Below, piece by piece: positions 1-6,983 of a stretch of DNA of 11,943 nucleotides. The stretch spans positions 1 through 11,943 of the forward strand of contig CAMVPB010000016.1 in the NCBI GenBank assembly GCA_947169285.1. The letters run 5' to 3'. This stretch comes from an uncultured bacterium (GTDB taxonomy: Bacteria > Bacillota_I > Bacilli_A > RF39 > UBA660). Both the position numbers and the translations under genes were made by a program. The notes under the pieces were generated by a model. That model was not told where the DNA came from. It saw nothing but the letters and a program-made list of their open reading frames with translations, and ran no database searches. How positions within the stretch are numbered: position 1 is the first letter of the stretch; every line of letters starts with the position of its first letter.

Positions 1-11
1 TATCAAAAAAA

Positions 12-39
12 GTAAACAGTTCTTTTTCTGTCTACTTTT
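12..39. terminator. Possible weak bidirectional intrinsic terminator hairpin at the window edge
   Basis: GTAAACAG (12-19) pairs with CTGTCTAC (28-35) with one A:C mismatch and an 8-nt loop. It is flanked by an A-run (5-11) and a T-run (36-39). The stem is AU-rich, so stability is low. Confidence 0.3.
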
Positions 40-127
40 ATCTTACAACTTCATTATGACGCTGTAGCTTTTTAAATAACAGAATAGTCAATAGTAAAAG
101 AAATTTTAATATATAATACAATATAAC

Positions 128-155
128 TTGAAATAATTTATAATTATAGTATAAT
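128..155 (+). promoter_or_regulatory. Sigma-A type promoter candidate for the 180..2174 gene
   Basis: TTGAAA (128-133), a 16-nt spacer, then TATAAT (150-155), about 25 nt upstream of the ATG at 180. Such hexamers occur by chance in AT-rich DNA. Confidence 0.45.
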
Positions 156-179
156 ATAAAACCATTATCAGGGATAATT

Positions 180-2174
180 ATGGATGATTTAAAACTAATA
201 AAAAAGTATTATGGTGAAAATATGTCGCATTTATGTAGGAATTTATTTCCTACTATTTTAGAAACTCCTAGTTTATTGTTTGAAATATTTTCTAATAGCT
301 TTGATTATTCTAAATTTTTATATGATGATTTAGTCAGTAATGACTTAATAAATAGTTTTAGAGATTTTATATATAGTTTATTAGAGCACAAAATTGATAA
401 TGAAAAATCAACTATAAGTAAGAGCCCATATGAATTAATGGAAGAAGCAGGATATACTTTATATAAATGTGAAATTGAAAATGATATTCAAAGTTTTAAA
501 AAATATTATAATAATGGTGAAGAACTATGTACATTTAAAGGTGGACGGCTTGATTGGTGCTATGTGTTTTTTGCTGTTAAGAAAAATGCTGATAAAATAA
601 GAAGAGAGGATTTTAAAAATCCCCAAAGACAAGATGAATATGGTACATCAGTAATAAGTATTCAATTTAGTAAAGGAGATTCTAATTATTTATCAATTAA
701 AAACAGATATAATCATACTGTTATAAATCCTGATGCAACTTTTTCTAATGATTTAGATAAAATTATTCCTGGATTAACAGAGTCTTTTAAAAATTATTTT
801 AAATATGATATTCAAAGTAATTATAGTGGATTTGAGATTCCTGGTTATGTTAGGTCTTTTGAAGGAAAATATTATAAATATAATTATGAGAGAGGAATTT
901 ATTATTACTGTTTAAATAATGTGGTAATCGAAACTGGTAAAGTCAAAAATGAATATTTAGATAAAAATAGATATTTAGTTTTTGATTATTTTATATTAGA
1001 TATAAAAGAAAGAAAAATTGTTGATTCCCTAGGATATGGTGGATACTATGATTCATTTGCAAAAGTAATAAATGACTTAGACATTGAAAAGATTAGTATT
1101 ATCAAAAATAAAGATGGAAATAAAGATATTGTTTTTGAAATAGATGGTGGAAAAATTGTAATAACAATTAATAATCAAAATAGAATGATTAAATATTATG
1201 ATGATATTAATATAGTATTACCTGATTCTTATCTTTCAAGTATTGAATATATAACTGATGAGATAGTATTAAATAATGTTTCTAAAATAAATTATGATTT
1301 TATGGGTAGTAAAGAGCATATAATTGCTAATTTAAAAAGATTTTCAGCTCCTAATCTTGAATCAATCGGAAATATTTTTATGGAAGCAGTAGAATCAATT
1401 GATAATTTTTATACACCCAAATTAAAAATAGTGGGTGATAGGGTGCTAAGAAATTGTACTCTTAATAAATATGATTTATCTAACTTAGAAGTTGCAGGAA
1501 AATATTTTTTATCAAGTAATGAAACAAAAGAAATAAGTTTTCCAAAATTAGCGTTAGTTGGTGATGGTTTTTTACAAGAATTATATTGTGCTGAAATAAT
1601 TGATCTTCCAAATCTAAGGGAAACTGGTAAATGTTTTGTTAAAAAAGGATTATATTTGAAAAATATAAATGCTCCTAGATTAATTAGAATAGGAGAAAAA
1701 AGTTTACAAGATGTACCTTTTTTAGAAGAACTTGATTTGCAAAGTATCCAATTTATTTCCGATAATTGCTTAAAAAGTGCAATCAACTTAAAAAAAATAA
1801 ATATACCAGATGCTATTCAAATAGGAAGACTAGTTTTAAGTGATAATAGATGTTTGGAATATTTGAATGCTCCAATAGTTAGCCATATTGGTGGCTATTT
1901 TCTAGGCGGATTTAGTAAATTAAATTACATAAATTTAAATAAAGATGTTAAAACTGATTATTGTTTTATTGGATTAGATAATGGTTCTTGGATGCCATCT
2001 ATTGGACTTATAATTGGAAATGAAAGCATAGTTGATTTTATTAATAAAGCATATCAAAAATATAATGAAGATAATTCAAAATATATTACACATAGATTAT
2101 ATTCCTCTCAATTAGCAGAATCTTTGGATAAAGACATTTATGATAAACCAATTACTCTTGCAAGAACAAAATAA
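180..2174 (+). CDS. Hypothetical protein: unrecognised ~370-aa N-terminal region plus a C-terminal leucine-rich-repeat-like array
   Basis: This is a 664-codon ORF. From about nt 1290 to 1950 the protein has ~9-10 tandem units of 21-22 aa with the pattern xxFLxxxxxLxxhxhPxLxxhG. Examples are DRVLRNCTLNKYDLSNLEVAG, KYFLSSNETKEISFPKLALVG, KCFVKKGLYLKNINAPRLIRIG and DNCLKSAINLKKINIPDAIQIG. The pattern is reminiscent of bacterial BspA/LRR_5-type repeats. No N-terminal signal peptide is visible. The SD is weak (GGGA at 171-174). Confidence 0.85.
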   Translation: MDDLKLIKKYYGENMSHLCRNLFPTILETPSLLFEIFSNSFDYSKFLYDDLVSNDLINSFRDFIYSLLEHKIDNEKSTISKSPYELMEEAGYTLYKCEIENDIQSFKKYYNNGEELCTFKGGRLDWCYVFFAVKKNADKIRREDFKNPQRQDEYGTSVISIQFSKGDSNYLSIKNRYNHTVINPDATFSNDLDKIIPGLTESFKNYFKYDIQSNYSGFEIPGYVRSFEGKYYKYNYERGIYYYCLNNVVIETGKVKNEYLDKNRYLVFDYFILDIKERKIVDSLGYGGYYDSFAKVINDLDIEKISIIKNKDGNKDIVFEIDGGKIVITINNQNRMIKYYDDINIVLPDSYLSSIEYITDEIVLNNVSKINYDFMGSKEHIIANLKRFSAPNLESIGNIFMEAVESIDNFYTPKLKIVGDRVLRNCTLNKYDLSNLEVAGKYFLSSNETKEISFPKLALVGDGFLQELYCAEIIDLPNLRETGKCFVKKGLYLKNINAPRLIRIGEKSLQDVPFLEELDLQSIQFISDNCLKSAINLKKINIPDAIQIGRLVLSDNRCLEYLNAPIVSHIGGYFLGGFSKLNYINLNKDVKTDYCFIGLDNGSWMPSIGLIIGNESIVDFINKAYQKYNEDNSKYITHRLYSSQLAESLDKDIYDKPITLARTK

Positions 2175-2213
2175 TTATAATTGTAGTATATAATAATAAA
2201 GAAATTTTGAATG

Positions 2214-2242
2214 TTGACTTTGCAAAATGAGAAAAGTATGAT
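2214..2242 (+). promoter_or_regulatory. Sigma-A type promoter candidate upstream of a structured leader
   Basis: TTGACT (2214-2219), an exactly 17-nt spacer, then TATGAT (2237-2242). Confidence 0.4.
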
Positions 2243-2256
2243 AATATTAATTCAGT

Positions 2257-2272
2257 TAGTAATATATTACTA
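2257..2272. promoter_or_regulatory. Perfect 16-bp palindrome (operator or 5' stem-loop candidate)
   Basis: TAGTAATATATTACTA is its own reverse complement. It starts about 15 nt after the -10 element, so it lies at the start of the predicted transcript. Confidence 0.35.
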
Positions 2273-2288
2273 CTTATTATTTTGTGAG

Positions 2289-2394
2289 TCTTGGTTGTTC
2301 TACACAACTCAGATTCGTACCAAGAGGAAATCTGCTCGAACTTTTATAGTTTGAGCTCGATAAATGACTAATTCAGAAATGGATTAGTTTTTTT
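2289..2394 (+). promoter_or_regulatory. Candidate structured 5' leader or small RNA (class not recognised)
   Basis: Helices read by eye: TCTTGGT (2289-2295) with ACCAAGA (2319-2325); CAGATT (2310-2315) with AATCTG (2329-2334), which crosses the first helix in pseudoknot topology; GCTCGAAC (2334-2341) with GTTTGAGC (2349-2356), 8 bp including one G:U; and a terminal hairpin with a U-run. I found no match to any riboswitch consensus I can recall. Confidence 0.25.
2367..2394 (+). terminator. Weak intrinsic terminator or attenuator candidate
   Basis: ACTAAT (2367-2372) pairs with ATTAGT (2383-2388) across a 10-nt loop, followed by T-run 2389-2394. The stem is only 6 bp and AU-rich. Confidence 0.3.
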
Positions 2395-2432
2395 GTTATT
2401 ATGAAAAAACGTCCAGGAAAGGATGTGTTTCT

Positions 2433-2705
2433 ATGTTAAATATTGTTAAAGAAGAATTGCCTATTGAAGAGAGTCTAAAAAATAAAATCAATCTTATATG
2501 TGAATTTGCTCATGTGAAGCCTATATTTATTAATGGTAATATAAGAAAAATTAATAAAACCAATTTAGTTTATATTGAACCAAATAGAGTAATTGTTAAA
2601 GATAAAACTCTTCTTATATTTAATTATTCTAATGAAGTATTTATTGAAAATTTATCCAATAAATTAAAATTATCTGATTTAGAAGATTATTTGAAAAAGT
2701 GCTAG
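2433..2705 (+). CDS. Hypothetical 90-aa protein
   Basis: The ORF has AGGAAAGGA (2415-2423) 9 nt upstream of its ATG. I recognise no motifs. It sits directly upstream of the serine recombinase, so a role as a regulator or recombination directionality factor is conceivable but unsupported. Confidence 0.6.
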   Translation: MLNIVKEELPIEESLKNKINLICEFAHVKPIFINGNIRKINKTNLVYIEPNRVIVKDKTLLIFNYSNEVFIENLSNKLKLSDLEDYLKKC

Positions 2706-2709
2706 ACTA

Positions 2710-2738
2710 TTGACTTTAAAAGAAAAATTGTATATTAT
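2710..2738 (+). promoter_or_regulatory. Sigma-A type promoter candidate for the sORF and recombinase transcript
   Basis: TTGACT (2710-2715), a 17-nt spacer, then TATTAT (2733-2738), immediately after the stop codon of the 90-aa ORF. Confidence 0.45.
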
Positions 2739-2782
2739 AAATAACCATCAAAGAGAGTACCCTTAAGAAATGGAGGTACATC

Positions 2783-4748
<1,966 letters not shown>

Positions 4749-4761
4749 ATTATGAAAATAA

Positions 4762-4854
4762 TGCTCCCACAGAATTTTTAAAAAAATTGAAAACGGGAGC
4801 ATTTATTTCTTTTGAATAAAGGGATTCTTTGATTTGTAAAGCTCTGTGGGAGCA
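4762..4854. repeat. Perfect 12-bp inverted repeat pair flanking 69 bp
   Basis: TGCTCCCACAGA (4762-4773) is the exact reverse complement of TCTGTGGGAGCA (4843-4854). The GGGAGCA core also occurs at 4795-4801 and 4972-4978. Confidence 0.7.
4764..4813 (+). terminator. Possible terminator of the recombinase gene
   Basis: GCTCCC (4764-4769) pairs with GGGAGC (4795-4800). An inner AATTTTT/AAAAATT pairing may extend the stem. The T-rich tail ATTTATTTCTTTT follows at 4801-4813. The loop and internal bulges are large, so this call is uncertain. Confidence 0.3.
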
Positions 4855-4876
4855 ATTTTGCAAGTGCAAAATAAGT

Positions 4877-4926
4877 GGTGTCATAAAAATATATGTATTT
4901 CCTAGAAATATTTATATTTTGACACC
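4877..4926. promoter_or_regulatory. 50-bp imperfect palindrome (operator or serine-recombinase att-site candidate)
   Basis: The outer arms GGTGTCA (4877-4883) and TGACACC (4920-4926) are perfect complements. The inner blocks AAAA, TATA and TATTTC/GAAATA also pair, with two 1-nt offsets. The core is ATTTC-CTA-GAAAT (4897-4909). The right arm overlaps the -35 element of the promoter listed next. Confidence 0.5.
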
Positions 4927-4947
4927 TCATACTTATCCTGATATAAA
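4919..4947 (+). promoter_or_regulatory. Near-consensus sigma-A promoter with an extended -10 (distal operon promoter)
   Basis: TTGACA (4919-4924), a 17-nt spacer, then TATAAA (4942-4947). TG at 4939-4940 gives a TGnTATAAA extended -10. Confidence 0.55.
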
Positions 4948-5039
4948 AAAGTAATATTTTATGTATTCCATGGGAGCAAAAAAGTTGATTTTTAATTGTC
5001 TTATAATTCTTACAATATATGATAAACATTCAAATTTTA

Positions 5040-5068
5040 TTTACTTTTAAGTTTTTATATGATATAAT
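5040..5068 (+). promoter_or_regulatory. Second (proximal) promoter candidate
   Basis: TTTACT (5040-5045), a 17-nt spacer, then TATAAT (5063-5068), with TG at 5060-5061 giving an extended -10. It would produce a leader of about 22 nt before the ATG at 5097. Confidence 0.4.
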
Positions 5069-5096
5069 AAATGGCAATTTTGATAAGGGGTGTTTT

Positions 5097-6983
5097 ATGG
5101 GCTTGGATGCTGAAGATTTTATTATTAGTTTGCTTGCACCAGAAGAGATTTGGGGAGTAAATAAATTAGAACCATTAAAAAATTTTGGATTATATACTAG
5201 AGTAACTGATCTATGTGTATTAACTGGTGCAAAAGTTTTCGAAGGCCAGGGTCCCATAGGACTAGATGGCTGCTGGGTTTATACTACTGAAATCTGTGGA
5301 AGAAATGTAACAGCAATTTCACCAGATCAAAAAGTAACAACTGGAAACCAAAGCGATAATAGTGGAGTTATTCGTCCGATATTAAACTGTAAGCAAGACG
5401 TATTTAAAAAAATAACAAGCGGAGCATATTATATCGGAGTTGGTGTAAAAGAAGTTGAATTTGGATGCTATCCAGATTGCGCAGTAGATTGGAATTTACA
5501 GTTAGAACTTGAAAACGAGTTTAAGTGGAATGGATTAACATCATCTGGAAGACAATTTTCAAAGGCTGATTATCCGCCTGTTATATGGAAAGAATACGAA
5601 TATAAGGGATCGCAATATGTTAGAGTCGAATCAAATGCTAATACTTCAATATTTACACTATCCAATGGCGAAATATATTCAAATGGAGACTATGTGTGGT
5701 TGAAAGTTTTACCAATTAGATGGTTAGTAGATGAAGAAAGTCAAACTCTTATTTGTAAAGCCGGATTGATATCAGGTATTGCAGTTACTCCTGCTAGTTC
5801 TTCTATTTATTCATTTAGTTATTCTGATATTCAATACTTTCTCAAAATAGTGTTTTTACCTGAATTGTTAAAAAATATTTCTTTATTAGGAAACAAAGTA
5901 GTTGATTCACATCCTGAAAAGAAAGAAGAACCACTTCCAAGTAAAACAAAAAAATCAAGAAACCCATATGGATTTAGTATGAGTAATGTGAGTGAAGAAG
6001 ATATAATAAGAGGATGTATAGAAAGTAATCTATCTGTATTTTTACATGGACCATCTTCTGAAGGTAAGAGTGCAAGAGTAAAACAAATAGATCCAGACTG
6101 TGAAATTATATATCTAAGAAATGCAAGCCCAGAGAGTTTAAATGGCAAAAGCGTTTATAATCAAACAACTGGAGAAATGATAGATGTAAAACCAACATGG
6201 TTAATTAGATTAGAAGAAAAATGTAAAAAAGAACCAAATAAGAAACATATATTGTTCTTTGATGAAATAACAAATGCACTTCCTAGTATTCAAGGTATAG
6301 CATTCAATATAGTTTTAGATAAAGAAGTAAATGGAAAATGGAAATTACCAGATAATGCAAGAATAGTTGCAGCAGGAAATGAAATGAAAGATTCATTATC
6401 AGCAAATCAATTAGCAGAACCATTATTTAATAGATTTGCACATGTATATATAAAAACTACTACTGAAAGTTGGTTAAAGTGGGCAAGTGAGAATGATATA
6501 CATCCGGCAATATATTCATATATAGCATACAAAAAAGGAGAGGCTCTAAGAAGTAAGTATGACGGAAAGAAACCAAATGCAGATCCAAGAAAATGGGAGA
6601 TGGCATCAAAGATGTTATATAGTACACAAAACCCACAAATGTTAAGATCATTAATAGGAGAAGACATAACAAGAGAGTTTGTAGAGTTTTGTAACCAAAG
6701 AGTAATAACAATAGAAGATGTAGTGAATGAAAACTATACAGATAAAGATATCGAAGAATTAAACACATCGGAAAGATATGCAACAACAATGGGGTTATCA
6801 CAAGTAGATGAAACTAACTTAGAAAAAGTAAGAGAATTTGTAAGCAAGATAGGAGCAGAGTTCACATCAATGTTTGATTTATTATGGACACATAATGATG
6901 AGGCAAGATTAGAAAAGATAGCTGAATTAAATGCTTCTAATGAACAAGCAAAGATGTTAATAAAGGGGGGGAAATTAAAATGA
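5097..6983 (+). CDS. Paralogue 1: divergent ~288-aa N-terminal domain fused to a MoxR/AAA_5-like AAA+ ATPase
   Basis: I chose the start at ATG 5097, with SD AAGGGG (5085-5090) 6 nt upstream, rather than the ORF-track ATG at 5019. ATPase motifs are Walker A GPSSEGKS (6048-6071), Walker B ILFFDE (6249-6266), sensor-1-like RIVAAGNE, and LAEPLFNRF, which is analogous to the MoxR LxxxLDRF motif. A helical C-terminal region of about 170 aa follows. Confidence 0.9.
   Translation: MGLDAEDFIISLLAPEEIWGVNKLEPLKNFGLYTRVTDLCVLTGAKVFEGQGPIGLDGCWVYTTEICGRNVTAISPDQKVTTGNQSDNSGVIRPILNCKQDVFKKITSGAYYIGVGVKEVEFGCYPDCAVDWNLQLELENEFKWNGLTSSGRQFSKADYPPVIWKEYEYKGSQYVRVESNANTSIFTLSNGEIYSNGDYVWLKVLPIRWLVDEESQTLICKAGLISGIAVTPASSSIYSFSYSDIQYFLKIVFLPELLKNISLLGNKVVDSHPEKKEEPLPSKTKKSRNPYGFSMSNVSEEDIIRGCIESNLSVFLHGPSSEGKSARVKQIDPDCEIIYLRNASPESLNGKSVYNQTTGEMIDVKPTWLIRLEEKCKKEPNKKHILFFDEITNALPSIQGIAFNIVLDKEVNGKWKLPDNARIVAAGNEMKDSLSANQLAEPLFNRFAHVYIKTTTESWLKWASENDIHPAIYSYIAYKKGEALRSKYDGKKPNADPRKWEMASKMLYSTQNPQMLRSLIGEDITREFVEFCNQRVITIEDVVNENYTDKDIEELNTSERYATTMGLSQVDETNLEKVREFVSKIGAEFTSMFDLLWTHNDEARLEKIAELNASNEQAKMLIKGGKLK
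5961..6113 (+). repeat. Direct repeat copy 1 (junction and Walker A region of paralogue 1)
   Basis: 5991-6097 is identical at all 107 nt to 11821-11927. There is one mismatch at 6098 versus 11928, then 15 more identical nt up to the window end. The preceding 30 nt (5961-5990) have 7 mismatches. Confidence 0.95.
6965..6971 (+). other. G7 homopolymer: SD for paralogue 2 and a potential slippery or phase-variable site
   Basis: GGGGGGG lies within the last codons of paralogue 1 (AAG GGG GGG AAA TTA AAA TGA) and ends 8 nt upstream of the ATG at 6980. A G7 run is conspicuous in DNA this AT-rich. Confidence 0.8.

Noticed and set aside
1409-1786. Minus-strand ORFs in the track: 1409-1786, 3153-3362, 3499-3714, 4444-4665, 5030-5257, 5831-6148, 6407-6667, 6460-6801 and 7522-7791.
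   Set aside because: All are embedded antisense to long + strand genes that have clear motifs. Their products are low-complexity, hydrophobic or Lys/Phe/Ile-rich sequences typical of antisense reading in AT-rich DNA, and I saw no convincing SD. They are most likely spurious.
131-2200. Similar AT-rich strings flank the LRR gene: AAATAATTTATAATTATAGTATAATATAAA at 131-160 and AAATAATTATAATTGTAGTATATAATAATAAA at 2169-2200. I considered them as direct repeats or target-site-like flanks.
   Set aside because: Both are low-complexity A/T sequence containing promoter-like TATAAT elements. The match needs indels, and I cannot distinguish it from chance in DNA this AT-rich.
2248-2376. An 8-nt direct repeat TAATTCAG at 2248-2255 and 2369-2376, bracketing the structured leader.
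   Set aside because: It is too short and AT-rich to be meaningful alone, and there are no associated inverted repeats or a recombinase site consensus.
2401-2439. A 12-codon ORF (MKKRPGKDVFLC) between the leader hairpin and the 90-aa ORF, considered as a possible leader peptide.
   Set aside because: It has no SD, starts directly after the U-run, and overlaps the SD and start of the 90-aa ORF out of frame. Nothing supports it beyond the presence of an ATG.
2757-2779. A small hairpin, GTACC (2757-2761) with GGTAC (2775-2779), that could occlude the sORF SD.
   Set aside because: It has only 5 bp and a 13-nt loop, so predicted stability is too low to claim a regulatory role.
4985-5007. A TTGATT ... 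TATAAT pair considered as a third promoter candidate.
   Set aside because: The spacer is only 11 nt, which is incompatible with sigma-A spacing.
4778-5029. An 83-aa minus-strand ORF lying in the recombinase-operon intergenic region.
   Set aside because: There is no SD upstream of its ATG; the sequence 5030-5045 reads AGTAAATAAAATTTGA on the minus strand. It spans the promoter, palindrome and inverted repeats, which better explain the region, and its product is low-complexity.
5019-5096. The upstream ATG at 5019, used by the ORF track as the start of paralogue 1 (adds MINIQILFTFKFLYDIINGNFDKGCF).
   Set aside because: There is no SD before 5019. The extension overlaps the proximal promoter candidate (5040-5068) and is hydrophobic junk-like sequence. 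ATG 5097 has an AAGGGG SD at ideal spacing and aligns with the starts of paralogues 2 and 3.
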